A stretch of 64,000 nt of DNA from Dehalococcoidia bacterium (GCA_963663895.2 CAXXRD010000001.1:320001-384000); one strand, 5' to 3'. Positions 51,869-62,449 are shown, numbered from the stretch's first letter. Translations and numbers: made by a program. Notes: generated by a model from the sequence alone, not told the origin.

Positions 51869-52678
51869 ATGAAACGGAATCGCGGGCCGGAGGGCAAAAT
51901 CGTGAGACTTCTCCCGCCAACCCTCCCGCACGCCCTGCCCGCAGGCCTTTCCCAGCGCCTGGGCCTGGCCGTCGCGAAGACCCGGCTCTCCCCCAACGCG
52001 CTCACCGTGACCGGTCTGCTGGTCAGCGGCGTCGCCGCGGGACTCGCCGCCTACGGGCAGTTCTGGGAGGCAGGCATAGCCCTATTGGCTTCCGGCGCTT
52101 TCGACTTGCTGGACGGTGCCCTCGCTCGCGCGACGAACCGCGCTACCAGCGTCGGCGCCGTTCTGGACGCCGTCACGGATCGAGTCGCTGACTTCGCAAT
52201 CCTGCTCGGTCTCCTGGTCTGGTTCAGCGCACCCATCCACTTCGACCGCGAGAGCATCATCCTGCTGGGCCTGGCTCTGGCGGGAACGGCGCTCGTGCCC
52301 TACACCCGCAGTAAAGCCGCCGAGTTCGGCGTCCACTTGCGCCAAGGATTGGGCACGCGGGCCGAGCGACTCGTGATCTTAAGCATCGGCCTCTTCACTG
52401 GTGAACTGACCGTGGCGCTTTGGCTCCTGGTAGTGCTCACCTTCCTCACCGCCCTACAGCGACTGGCCATGGCGCTCTGGGCCGTCCGGCAAGCGGAGCA
52501 GGCAGCAGCCACGGCGGAGGCACCAGAGTTCGCGGCGCCTCGACAGGCTGCGGAAACCACGCCGACGCCGGACAAAGCGCCTGCACACTACTCCTGGGGC
52601 TTCGATCTGTCCCAGAGTGAGAATCCGTGGCGGCGCCGCTTCACCTGGCTCCGCATCCGGCGCATCCTGCGAGGGTAA
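51869..52678 (+). CDS. pgsA: CDP-alcohol phosphatidyltransferase (phosphatidylinositol-phosphate synthase-like)
   Basis: SPNALT, DLLDGALAR...G.VLD..DR.AD, Y.R.KA, R.ERL. Confidence 0.82.
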   Translation: MKRNRGPEGKIVRLLPPTLPHALPAGLSQRLGLAVAKTRLSPNALTVTGLLVSGVAAGLAAYGQFWEAGIALLASGAFDLLDGALARATNRATSVGAVLDAVTDRVADFAILLGLLVWFSAPIHFDRESIILLGLALAGTALVPYTRSKAAEFGVHLRQGLGTRAERLVILSIGLFTGELTVALWLLVVLTFLTALQRLAMALWAVRQAEQAAATAEAPEFAAPRQAAETTPTPDKAPAHYSWGFDLSQSENPWRRRFTWLRIRRILRG

Positions 52679-52680
52679 GC

Positions 52681-53493
52681 GTGCCCATCCCAGAGTCAGA
52701 GCTCGATCGCGTGCAGCAGTCCCTCCGGGAAGCGCTCCGAGGCCGCCTCAAGATCGACTATTTCCACCGACGTAAATCGGCACTGCTCGTGCCCGGCCAG
52801 GAGCCCTGTGAAAGCTGCGAAGAGGTACGAGCCGTCCTCGAGCAGCTCGCCGCAGCCTCGGACCAGATCACCCTTCACGTCTACGAATACGATGACGAGC
52901 CAGCGCTGGCCAAGAGATGGCAGGTCGACCGCGTACCAGGAATCGTAGTGCGGGGCGAAGTGAACCGCCCGCTCCGCTTCTTCGGGCTGCCCGGCGGCCC
53001 CTTCTTCCCGGTCTTCCTCCAAGCCATGGTCGACGCCTCGGCGCGAGCACTCACTCCGGCGCCGGAGGTGGCGCGCGCGCTGAAGAAGCTGCGCCGATCC
53101 ATGCCGTTGCGGGTGTTCGGATCGCTGCAAGATCCGCACTCCGGCGAGGCGGCAGCGCTGGCGCTGCGACTCGCGGCGGTGTCGCCGCGAGTCGACGCTT
53201 ACGTTTACGTGATCGAGGAGTTTCCAGCTCTAGCGGAGCGTTACACGGTGCAGGCGATCCCCGCGACGGTGATCGATGAGCGGCTGGGGCTCGCAGGCGT
53301 CGTGGAAGACCCAGCGGACCTTGCGCAGTACCTCTTCGAGATGCAGGCACGTCCGGATCGGGCGCGCCTGCGCCGACCGACGGTGCGCTCGGGTACAGCG
53401 ACACCCTGGCAGCCAGCGCAGCAGGACGCTCCGGCCGCTGGCTCACCGGCGGAGCGGCGCACCGCCGGCGGGCTGATCATCCCAGGCGGCTAG
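52681..53493 (+). CDS. Protein-disulfide oxidoreductase (AhpF N-terminal/PDO-like), second CxxC lost
   Basis: CESC, VDRVP, RFFGLP.G, DPHS in place of CPxC, V.AIP. Confidence 0.75.
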   Translation: MPIPESELDRVQQSLREALRGRLKIDYFHRRKSALLVPGQEPCESCEEVRAVLEQLAAASDQITLHVYEYDDEPALAKRWQVDRVPGIVVRGEVNRPLRFFGLPGGPFFPVFLQAMVDASARALTPAPEVARALKKLRRSMPLRVFGSLQDPHSGEAAALALRLAAVSPRVDAYVYVIEEFPALAERYTVQAIPATVIDERLGLAGVVEDPADLAQYLFEMQARPDRARLRRPTVRSGTATPWQPAQQDAPAAGSPAERRTAGGLIIPGG

Positions 53494-55115
53494 GGATCGT
53501 CCTTCGGGGCATGGAACGTCAGGGTCTCGACCCCGTCCGCGTCCTCATTCGCCGAGGTGGTACGAGTTGCATCCCCATCCGGCAGCGGCGCGGCAGCGGC
53601 GGGGTCGGACGCAGTAGATGCTGGGGATCGCGGAGAGGTGCGCATAGCCGAAGGCTCCGTAACTGCGGGAGGTGGGCCCGCCCGTCCCACGACCAGGAAG
53701 AACATTAGCAACCCTAGGATAAGCCCTCCGGCCGCAACGCCCGTCACCACGGCGTCGGTCGGGAAGCTGCCCTCGCCAGCGACGCTCGCTGGGAGGCGCC
53801 GCGTGCCTTGACGCTCCTCGATCGCGGCGACACGTGCTTCGATCTCTTCCTGAGAGCGCTGTGCGCGGGCCGGTTCGACATCGGCGGGCGAGGATGCGCC
53901 GACATCCGGCGCCACATCAACGGGCTCCTCCGAAGCGGGGGCCTCGGCCGGCCGCACATCGGCGGGCGCATCCTCGATCACGATCGACTGATCCTCTCCG
54001 CGGACCCGCGGCTCCAGCCCGCGCGCAGCGCGGTAAAGGTTCTCGAGGCCGTCCCGATCGACCTCGTACACATCCATCAGCGCCCCGTCCACGGTGCTGC
54101 CCGCCTTGAAGACCGCGTACAGCTCCGCGAATCGCTCCTCGCCGAACTCTTCGATCAGGAACGTCACAAGGTCGGCCGACTGGCCATAGAAAAGCTCGAC
54201 GCGCGAGGGATCGCCCGGAGCACTGGTCATGCTGCGCAGGCTCAGGAGGTCGTCGCTGTCGATCGCGTTGTGGAGAGCGAATCCACGGCGCCGCTCCCAG
54301 TCCCCCTCGGAATAGGTGGCGGTCCCCTCGTCCAACCAAGCCGGCAATCCCCCGATCCCGCCTTCGCCCGCGAAATGCGTCAGCACGTGGGTCAGCTCGT
54401 GCACGGCGATCCAGGGCGCGGGCGCGAAGACGTGCACGAGGTCCGCCAGCACCCGTGTGCCTAACGAGTCGATGACCATCTCGAACCGCTCACTGCGGAC
54501 GCGCTCCACACCGCTCGCATCGGCGAGACTCTCCCACAGGTACAACTTGACTTGGAAGGGCAGCGCGGCGCCCAGCACCCGGGACATCGTGACCAGGCCC
54601 GTTTCTCCCGCCTCCAACACCTGCTGGGCGGCGTTCTCGCCGCCGTAGTAGTAGACGCTGAGGCCATCACCCGCGATCACCCGCCAGTCGTAGCGGGGGT
54701 CCTCGTAGCGATAGTGCTCGCTTTCGTTCTCGAGGGTCGTGCCGTCCGCGAGCGTGATCTGCCAGCGCCAGATGATATCGGCGCCAACCGGGATGTAGCG
54801 GTCTCCGGCGTTGGTCGTGACCGCAGCCTCCACCCGCACGATCTCTCCCGCCGTGACCTCCGCCGGAATTCGCGTTAGCGGGCCCTCGGGCGGAATCTGA
54901 TAGAGCAGCGAGGCTTGCTCGATCTCTTGCGAGCCGTCCACGATGGCGCTGAACTGCAGCTCGATCGGGAAGTTAACCCCAACGGCCCCGTTCGTGATCC
55001 CCGTGGCCTCCTGCGCGCTCACGGGCCGATCACCCTCCGCCGCCAATACCCCGGCTAGTACCAGCAGCACGGCTAGGAGCGCCGATCGCAACGGCTTGCA
55101 CACCTGCTGGCTCAT
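53490..55115 (-). CDS. Peptidase MA-like (gluzincin) membrane-anchored metallohydrolase
   Basis: Signal peptide, HELTH...PAWLDEG.A.Y, C-terminal TM. Confidence 0.82.
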   Translation of the reverse strand: MSQQVCKPLRSALLAVLLVLAGVLAAEGDRPVSAQEATGITNGAVGVNFPIELQFSAIVDGSQEIEQASLLYQIPPEGPLTRIPAEVTAGEIVRVEAAVTTNAGDRYIPVGADIIWRWQITLADGTTLENESEHYRYEDPRYDWRVIAGDGLSVYYYGGENAAQQVLEAGETGLVTMSRVLGAALPFQVKLYLWESLADASGVERVRSERFEMVIDSLGTRVLADLVHVFAPAPWIAVHELTHVLTHFAGEGGIGGLPAWLDEGTATYSEGDWERRRGFALHNAIDSDDLLSLRSMTSAPGDPSRVELFYGQSADLVTFLIEEFGEERFAELYAVFKAGSTVDGALMDVYEVDRDGLENLYRAARGLEPRVRGEDQSIVIEDAPADVRPAEAPASEEPVDVAPDVGASSPADVEPARAQRSQEEIEARVAAIEERQGTRRLPASVAGEGSFPTDAVVTGVAAGGLILGLLMFFLVVGRAGPPPAVTEPSAMRTSPRSPASTASDPAAAAPLPDGDATRTTSANEDADGVETLTFHAPKDDP

Positions 55116-56228
55116 GCCTCGCCGTCCGTCCCCAGCTGCCATTGGAGATACGCTTTGAGAAGAGGATCCAGATCGCCGTCGAGGACCTTGACAGGATCGG
55201 AGCTTGCGTAATCCGAGCGCAGATCCTTGACCATCTTATACGGGTGCAAGACGTAGGATCGGATCTGGTTCCCCCATCCCGCCTCCACATGCTCGCCCTT
55301 GAGCGCCGCGCGCTCCTGCTCCAGCCGCTCTACCTCGCGCTCCAGCAGCCGCGCCTCCAGCACTCGCAATGCGCTCTCCTTATTGCGGCGCAAGGAGCGC
55401 TCGTTCTGACAAACCGTGACGATTCCCGTAGGGAGATGGGTGACCCGCACAGCCGTCGCGTTCTTCTGCACATTCTGACCCCCGTGACCGCCAGCGCGAA
55501 AAGTATCGATGCGCAGATCAGCTTCGTCGACCGTGATCTCAGCTTCACTCTCTACTTCCGGCATCACTTCCACCAAGGCGAAGGAGGTATGGCGTGCGTG
55601 GGCGGCATCGAAAGGCGAAAGCCGGACCAGTCGATGCACGCCCCGCTCGCCGCGCAGCCAGCCGTAGGCCAGCGGCCCGGCGATCTCGATCGTCGTGCTT
55701 TTGATCCCAGCCTCATCGCCGGGCATGACATCGATCACGTTCACAATGAACGCGCGTTGCGTCGCCCAGCGCAGATACATCCGCTGGAGCATCTCGGCCC
55801 AGTCCTGCGACTCCGTCCCGCCCGCACCAGCGTGAATGGCGAGCACGGCGCTGCGGTCGTCGTAGGGACCGCTGAAGGAAAGCTGGAACTGCAGCGTCTC
55901 CAGCTCCGCCTCCACGCCCTCTACATCCGCTGCGATCTCCGCTATGACGGCGGCGTCTGCCTCCGCTGCGGCGAGCGTGAGCAACTCGGCCGCCTCGGCG
56001 AGGCGTCCTTCGAGGCCGCGCCAGGGATCTACCTTCCCCTTACGAGCGGCGAGGCGTTGGAGCTGAGAGCGTGCGTGCGCGGGGTTGTCCCAGAAAGTAA
56101 GGGCAGCAGCCTCGCGCTCGAGTTGGGAAACCTCCGCTTCGACCTTGGGCAGGTCAAAGACGCTCCAAGAGGTCAGTCAAGCGTGCTTGCAGAGCCTCGA
56201 TCCGACCGCGCAACTCGTCCACGAACAT
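55112..56228 (-). CDS. prfB: Peptide chain release factor 2, programmed +1 frameshift
   Basis: MFVDELR...LERL-CTT TGA C; SPF and GGQ motifs; WGNQIRSYV. Confidence 0.95.
56153..56159 (-). promoter_or_regulatory. prfB frameshift site CTTTGAC with upstream SD-like GGAG
   Basis: Minus strand TTGGAGCGTCTTTGACCTG. Confidence 0.93.
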
Positions 56229-56258
56229 CCCCGTTTCTGCCGCCGAGTCTAGGAGCGG

Positions 56259-57155
56259 CTAGCGTACCGAGCGACGCTCCCGCGCCGCGCGCACGACATT
56301 CGTCAACAGCATGGTCACCGTCATGGGACCGACCCCACCGGGAACAGGCGTGATGAAGGAGGCCTTGGCACGCACCGGCTCGAAATCGACGTCGCCCACC
56401 AAACGGTAGCCGCGCGCGCGACTCTCATCGTCGACCCGGTTCACTCCTACGTCGATGACGACGGCGCCGGGACGCACCATTTCGGCCGTGATGCCGCCCG
56501 GCCGACCCATCGCCGCGACGAGAATCTCGGCCTGCCGCGTATGTAGGGCAATATCCGGGGTACCCGTATGGCAGACGGTCACCGTCGCGTTCGCCCCCGC
56601 CCGCTTCTGTAGCAGCATCGCGGCCAGCGGCATGCCCACCAGCTTGGAGCGGCCCGCGATCACCACATGCTTGCCACCGGGGTCGTTACCCGTCCGCACC
56701 AGCAACTGCTGCACGCCATGCGGGGTAGCCGGCAGGAACCACGGCGCCCCTTGCAGCAAGTGACCCTGGTTCTCCGGGTGGAGGCCATCGACATCCTTGC
56801 GAGGGTCGATCGCACGCAGCAGCGCCTCGGCGGCGACGCCATCGGGGAGGGGGAGCTGTACGATGATCCCGTCGACCTCCGGATCGGCATTGAGTGCCTC
56901 GATCAGCGCACGCGTCTCTGCCTCGGTCTCTGCGGGGGCACCGGTCCCCTCCAGTCGATGCACGTCGCCGCGAATCCCGATCGCCGCGCTAGCCTTGGCC
57001 TTCGCCTTCACGTAGGACTGCGAGGCAGGGTCCTCGCCGACCAGGATCACCGCCAAGCCGGGAACTACTCCAACCCCGCGGAGCTTAGCCGCCTGCACAG
57101 CGAGCTCGGCTCGGATCTGCGCACTCACGGCTTTGCCGTCGATCAGTTGAGCCAC
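56259..57155 (-). CDS. folD: Methylenetetrahydrofolate dehydrogenase/cyclohydrolase
   Basis: IDGK, PASQSYV, IVQLPLP, KDVDG.HP, TPVPGGVGPMT. Confidence 0.96.
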   Translation of the reverse strand: MAQLIDGKAVSAQIRAELAVQAAKLRGVGVVPGLAVILVGEDPASQSYVKAKAKASAAIGIRGDVHRLEGTGAPAETEAETRALIEALNADPEVDGIIVQLPLPDGVAAEALLRAIDPRKDVDGLHPENQGHLLQGAPWFLPATPHGVQQLLVRTGNDPGGKHVVIAGRSKLVGMPLAAMLLQKRAGANATVTVCHTGTPDIALHTRQAEILVAAMGRPGGITAEMVRPGAVVIDVGVNRVDDESRARGYRLVGDVDFEPVRAKASFITPVPGGVGPMTVTMLLTNVVRAARERRSVR

Positions 57156-57234
57156 CACTGGTCTATCGTACGCGGGCCGAGCCCCAGTCACCACGCCCGT
57201 CGCCGCCCCGCCCTGCATGCTAGGCTCGCCACCG

Positions 57235-57645
57235 ATGACAGTCGGCGGCACAGGTATCGACTTCATAACGATCGCCCGCGTGGGCGACGTGCTGGCCCGG
57301 CACGGCGAGCGCTTCTTGCGCCGGGTTTACACCCCACGCGAGGTGGACTACTGCGGCGGCCGCGTGCCGGAATTAGCGGCCCGCTTCGCCGGGAAAGAAG
57401 CGGTCATGAAGGCGCTGGGAACGGGCGCGCGCGGCGTCGGCTGGCGCGAGATCGAGATCTTGGCGAACGGCCGCGGCAAGCCGCTGGTGCTACTGCACGG
57501 GCGGGCGCTGGCCCGCGCGAACCAGCTCCGCATCGCGGAGGTGGAGATCAGCTTGACCCACGAGGGAGGCACGGCGGCCGCACTCGCCATCGCCAACGCC
57601 GAGGCACCCTCCCAACCGCTCCCGGCCGAGGAGCGCTCAGCGTGA
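57235..57645 (+). CDS. acpS: Holo-ACP synthase
   Basis: GTGID, AARFAGKEAVMKALGTG, ISLTH. Confidence 0.95.
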   Translation: MTVGGTGIDFITIARVGDVLARHGERFLRRVYTPREVDYCGGRVPELAARFAGKEAVMKALGTGARGVGWREIEILANGRGKPLVLLHGRALARANQLRIAEVEISLTHEGGTAAALAIANAEAPSQPLPAEERSA

Positions 57646-59264
57646 AGCTGGTCACCAGCGCGCAGATGCGGGACCTGGAAGCGGCAGCCGTTGCGGCAGG
57701 GACCAGCCTCGACACGCTGATGGCGAACGCCGGCCTCGCCGTCGCCCAAGAAGCCTGGATGCAACTTGGGCAAGTGGCCGAGCGGCGGATCGTCGTGCTA
57801 GTAGGGCCGGGCAACAATGGCGGCGACGGCCTGGTCGCAGCGCGTCACTTAGCAGAATGGCAAGCGGCCGTGCATTGCTACGCGCTGGCAGCGCGCGACG
57901 ATGCGCAGTGGCAATCGACGCTGGACGCAGGCCTGCCTTGCACGAGCACAGCCGAAGACGATCAGGATCTGGCAACGCTGACGCACTGGCTGGCCGAGGC
58001 CGAACTGGTCATCGACGCGCTGCTCGGCACGGGCCGCGCGCGGCCGATCGAAGGCCGTCTTGCCGCGGTTCTCGAGCGGCTTCAAGAAGCGCGCCGACGG
58101 GCCACCCCTCCCAAGCTCATCGCGGTCGATCTGCCTACCGGCATCGACGCGGACAGCGGCGCCGCGGATCCGCTCACGGTGGCCGTCGATGAAACGGTGG
58201 TTTTCGAATGCGCCAAGGTCGGACTGTACGCGCAGCCCAGCGCGGCGCTGGCCGGGAGCGTGGAAATCGTCCCCATCGGCATCCCCGCCGACGCGTGCAA
58301 GGCGCTCCCCTACGAGCTCCTCGTCCAGCGCCAAGCCAAGCAGCTCCTGCCCGCACGCCCGCTCGACGCACACAAGGGCAGCTTCGGCCGGGTGCTGGTC
58401 GTGGCCGGATCGCGGAACTATCCGGGCGCGGCGTTGCTGGCCGCGGCCGCCGCCTACCAGGTAGGGGCGGGGCTGGTGACGCTGGCGACGCCGGCCTCCC
58501 TCGTCCCAGGGCTGGTGACGAGCACACCGGAGGTGACCTACCTGCCGTTGCCCGAAGAATCGGAAGCGGGCGTGATCGCGATGGAATCCTTGCAACACGT
58601 GACAAAGGCGCTGCCCGCCTACGACGCGCTCGTGATCGGCTGCGGCCTGGGGACGGCCCCGGCGACGCAGGCCTTCGTGCGGAACCTGCTCAGCCACCGC
58701 TCCTTGGCCAAGCTGCGCGGCGTGATCGTCGACGCCGACGCGCTTAATGCCCTCGCGGGAACGCAGTGGTCGAGAGCGATGGCGGCGCCATTCGTCGTGA
58801 CGCCGCATCCCGGAGAGATGGCGCGGCTCAGCCAGAGCACAAGCCACGCGCTGCAAGGGGAGCGGCTGGCGTGTGCCTTGCGGGAGAGCGCGCGCTGGCA
58901 AGGCACGGTCGTCCTGAAAGGCGCCAATACGATCGTCGCCGACGGTCAAGGGCGCGCCCGGATCAGTGCGGCAGCGCTGCCGGGGCTGGCGACGGCCGGC
59001 ACCGGCGATGTGCTCAGTGGCGCGATCGGAGGCCTGCTGGGCCAAGGACTATCGCCCTTCGACGCAGCCGCTCTCGCCGTCTACCTCCACGCCGACGCGG
59101 GAGAGCGCGCCGCCAAGGACCGTGGATCCGCCGGCATGACGGCCAGCGACGTCTTGGCGCGCCTTGCCCTCGCGGGCCGCGCGCTCGCGGGCGAGGAGCC
59201 GGCGGCGATGGGCAGCCTCACCCTGGGCGGACTGCCGGGCCTCGCGGCCGACCCTCCCCCTTAA
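57642..59264 (+). CDS. nnr: Bifunctional NAD(P)H-hydrate epimerase/dehydratase
   Basis: GPGNNGGDG, DALLGTG, HKGSFG, TPHPGE, LATAGTGDVL. Confidence 0.94.
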   Translation: MKLVTSAQMRDLEAAAVAAGTSLDTLMANAGLAVAQEAWMQLGQVAERRIVVLVGPGNNGGDGLVAARHLAEWQAAVHCYALAARDDAQWQSTLDAGLPCTSTAEDDQDLATLTHWLAEAELVIDALLGTGRARPIEGRLAAVLERLQEARRRATPPKLIAVDLPTGIDADSGAADPLTVAVDETVVFECAKVGLYAQPSAALAGSVEIVPIGIPADACKALPYELLVQRQAKQLLPARPLDAHKGSFGRVLVVAGSRNYPGAALLAAAAAYQVGAGLVTLATPASLVPGLVTSTPEVTYLPLPEESEAGVIAMESLQHVTKALPAYDALVIGCGLGTAPATQAFVRNLLSHRSLAKLRGVIVDADALNALAGTQWSRAMAAPFVVTPHPGEMARLSQSTSHALQGERLACALRESARWQGTVVLKGANTIVADGQGRARISAAALPGLATAGTGDVLSGAIGGLLGQGLSPFDAAALAVYLHADAGERAAKDRGSAGMTASDVLARLALAGRALAGEEPAAMGSLTLGGLPGLAADPPP

Positions 59265-59372
59265 CACTTTAACAAGGGAAGCTCATCGGACCGGCGCGGG
59301 CCCCGTCCGCCTGATCCGCCTGATCCGGAGACCCGTCCGGTATCATGCCGGGTACGGAAGAGGAGTCGCCGC

Positions 59373-60638
59373 TTGTCGAGTAAGCCCGCCGCTCAGGACG
59401 GCCGCCGCATCGTGGTCACGGGCATGGGTGTGACAACGCCGGTCGGCATCGGCGTCGCCGCTACCTGGGAAGGGCTGATCAACGGGCGCAGCGGGATCGA
59501 CACCATCTCCCTATTCAACCCAGAGCGGGTGAAGGTGAAGATCGCTGCCGAGGTGGCCGGCTTCGATCCCGAGCAGTTCATGACGCGCAAACGGGCGCGC
59601 CACCTCGATCGCTACGTCCAGATGGCGATCGCCGCCACTCTGGAAGCGCAAGAGGACGCGGGACTCGTCATCGACGACAGCAACTCACACCGCGTCGGCG
59701 TAATGATCGGGACCGGCATCGGCGGCATCACGACCATCGAGAACGGGATCCACGATCTGGTTCAGAAGGGGCCGAACAAGCTCAACCCCTTCATCGTGCC
59801 CATGATGCTCCCCAACATGGGCAGCGGCCAAGTCAGCATCGCACTGGGCGCTCGCGGTCCCAACATCGCCAGCACCACCGCCTGCTCCAGCGGATCCGAC
59901 GCCATCGGTATAGCCATGGCAGCGCTCCAACGCGGTGAAGCCGATGTGATCTTCGCCGGGGGCGCCGAAGCTCCCATCTGCGAGTTGGGCGTCGGCGGAT
60001 TCCTCGCCGCACGGGCCCTCTCGACGCGCAACGACGAGCCACAGAAAGCCTCCCGTCCCTTCGACCGCGACCGCGACGGCTTCGTGATGGGCGAAGGGGC
60101 AGGCACCTTGGTGCTGGAGACCGCCGAGCACGCCCAGAGGCGAGGAGGGAGGGTGCTGGCGGAGCTCAGCGGCTACGCCAGCGTGAGCGACGCCTACCAC
60201 GTGACCCAGCCCGCTCCTGGAGGCAAGGGCGCAGTGCAAGCGATGCAGACCGCAATCGCGCGAGCAGGAGTGACGCCGGCAGACGTGGACTACCTCAATG
60301 CGCACGGCACCTCCACCCCATTGAACGACAAGACCGAAACGCTGGCCATCAAGCAGGTCTTTGGCGAGAGCGCCTACGATCTCCCCATCTCTTCCACGAA
60401 GTCGATGATCGGACACCTGATGGGCGCCAGTGGGGCGGTGGAAGCGGTCGCCTGCATCAAGAGCATCACCGAGGGCCTCGTCCATCCCACCAGCAACCTG
60501 GAGACGCCGGATCCAGAGTGCGACCTCGACTACGTACCACGTCAATCCCGTGCCGTCGCCGTGCGCGTCGCCCTCAGTAACTCCATGGGCTTCGGCGGGC
60601 ACAACGCCTGCTTGCTCTTCAAGCGCTGGGAGCCCTAG
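59373..60638 (+). CDS. fabF: 3-oxoacyl-ACP synthase II
   Basis: TACSSG, NAHGTST, KSMIGHLMGA, SNSMGFGG. Confidence 0.96.
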   Translation: MSSKPAAQDGRRIVVTGMGVTTPVGIGVAATWEGLINGRSGIDTISLFNPERVKVKIAAEVAGFDPEQFMTRKRARHLDRYVQMAIAATLEAQEDAGLVIDDSNSHRVGVMIGTGIGGITTIENGIHDLVQKGPNKLNPFIVPMMLPNMGSGQVSIALGARGPNIASTTACSSGSDAIGIAMAALQRGEADVIFAGGAEAPICELGVGGFLAARALSTRNDEPQKASRPFDRDRDGFVMGEGAGTLVLETAEHAQRRGGRVLAELSGYASVSDAYHVTQPAPGGKGAVQAMQTAIARAGVTPADVDYLNAHGTSTPLNDKTETLAIKQVFGESAYDLPISSTKSMIGHLMGASGAVEAVACIKSITEGLVHPTSNLETPDPECDLDYVPRQSRAVAVRVALSNSMGFGGHNACLLFKRWEP

Positions 60639-60644
60639 CCCCAG

Positions 60645-62354
60645 ATGGTTCGCACCCGCAGGGATAGCTTTCGGGGACGTGTCTGGAAGATCCCCGAGCC
60701 GCGCGATCTCGAACCGATCCCCGGAACGCCATACCCAGATTTCGTCACCAAGCTGCTGCGCCAGCGGGGCGTGAAGGACCAGCACGCCGCCGCCGTCTTC
60801 CTCTTCGACGAGCCGATCCCAGAACCAGATCCCACCCTCCTCGGCGGCTTCACGGCGGCCCTCGATCGGATCGAAGCCGCGATCCGCCACGGCGAGACGA
60901 TGGCGGTCTACGGCGACTTCGACGTGGACGGGGTGACAGCCACCGTGATCCTGACGGAGGTGATCCGGGACTTGGGCGGCCGAGTCATCCCCTACATCCC
61001 CGACCGCTTTCAGGAAGGCTACGGCGTCCATGACGCGGCCCTCGATCAACTCGATCGCGACGGCGTCAGCCTCGTGATCACCGCCGATTGCGGTCTCTCC
61101 TCGCGGGAAGAGGTCGCGGCCGCGGGGGCACGCGGCCAAGAGGTGGTGATCTTCGACCATCACGCGATCCCAACGGCCTTGCCGGCGGCGGCGGCGATCG
61201 TGCACCCGGAGCACAACAACGCCGGTTACCCCAACACCACCCTCTCGACGGGAGGACTGGCCTACCGATTCGCGCCGGCCTTGATGGAGCGCTGCGGACG
61301 CTCGCCGGAGCCGACGCGCTGGCTCGACCTCGCGACGCTCAGCACCATCGCGGACGTGATGCCGCTGACGGGCGAGAACCGCGGCATCGTGCGAGAGGGC
61401 CTGCGCGCGATCGCGCGCAGCAGCCGGCCCGGGTTGCGAGCGCTGCGGGAGATCGCCGGCTACGCGGACAAGGAGATCGACGTGGAGGCCGTCTCATTTG
61501 GCTTGGCCCCGCGGATCAACGCCGCCGGCCGGCTGACTCATGCGATGCGCGCTTTCGATCTGCTGATCGAAACCGACGACGAGCGCGCCCGCCTGCTCGC
61601 CAAAGAGCTTGACGACCGCAACCAGGAGCGGCGGCGGTTGACGGCCGAGGCGCTGGAGCGTGCCCGCGCCCATCTCGCCGAGGCCGCCCCGGCAGCGCCG
61701 ATCACGATCATCGGCGACCCGGAGATCCCGCAAGGCATCGTTGGGCTGGTCGCTGGCCGCCTAGCAGAAGAGTATTACCGCCCAGCGGTGGTCTACGAGG
61801 AGAAGCCGGATGCCTGCCGGGCCTCGTGCCGATCGATCCCGGAATTCAACATCACGGAGGCGCTCAAAAACTGCGGCGATCTCTTCGAGCGATACGGCGG
61901 GCACCGAGCCGCAGCGGGCTTCACGGCTCGCCCCGAAGCCATGCCGCAGATCCGGGAACGGCTCACGGCCGAAGCGACGAAGAAGCTGCGGGATGTGCGG
62001 CTGGAGCCCCGTATTGAGGTCGATGGGCAGGTGCCGCTATCGGCGCTGCGGGGCTCGCAAGTGGCCTGGCTAGCGCGGTTAGGGCCGTTCGGTGCGAACA
62101 ACCCCGCTCCCGCCTTCGTCAGCAACAACGTCTTGATCGTGAACGCGCGCCGCGTAGGTAACGGGGACGAGCACCTGCGGCTCACGCTGCGCGATGGCCC
62201 CACCAGCTGGGGCGCAATCGGCTTCCGCTTGGGCGCATGTCCCGTCCAAGCGGGCGACCGGGTGGACCTGGTCTGGTCCTTACGGTCGGCCAACGGCGCG
62301 GGGGAGAGACGGATCGAACTCGAAGTGCAAGACCTCGCGCCGGCGAGCGCCTGA
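60645..62354 (+). CDS. recJ: ssDNA-specific exonuclease RecJ
   Basis: YGDFDVDG, DCG, DHH, PRINAAGR, GGH.AAAG. Confidence 0.95.
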   Translation: MVRTRRDSFRGRVWKIPEPRDLEPIPGTPYPDFVTKLLRQRGVKDQHAAAVFLFDEPIPEPDPTLLGGFTAALDRIEAAIRHGETMAVYGDFDVDGVTATVILTEVIRDLGGRVIPYIPDRFQEGYGVHDAALDQLDRDGVSLVITADCGLSSREEVAAAGARGQEVVIFDHHAIPTALPAAAAIVHPEHNNAGYPNTTLSTGGLAYRFAPALMERCGRSPEPTRWLDLATLSTIADVMPLTGENRGIVREGLRAIARSSRPGLRALREIAGYADKEIDVEAVSFGLAPRINAAGRLTHAMRAFDLLIETDDERARLLAKELDDRNQERRRLTAEALERARAHLAEAAPAAPITIIGDPEIPQGIVGLVAGRLAEEYYRPAVVYEEKPDACRASCRSIPEFNITEALKNCGDLFERYGGHRAAAGFTARPEAMPQIRERLTAEATKKLRDVRLEPRIEVDGQVPLSALRGSQVAWLARLGPFGANNPAPAFVSNNVLIVNARRVGNGDEHLRLTLRDGPTSWGAIGFRLGACPVQAGDRVDLVWSLRSANGAGERRIELEVQDLAPASA

Positions 62355-62449
62355 GACGCACGCGTGCGCGGCCCACGGCCGCGCGAATTTCGCTAGACTG
62401 CGCCGCCGCACCGCGAGAACGGCGCAAGACGTGAAGGAGATCGAGAGCG

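Noticed and set aside
59307-59327. 9-bp tandem repeat CCGCCTGAT x2 upstream of fabF
   Set aside because: Only two copies; no evidence of function.
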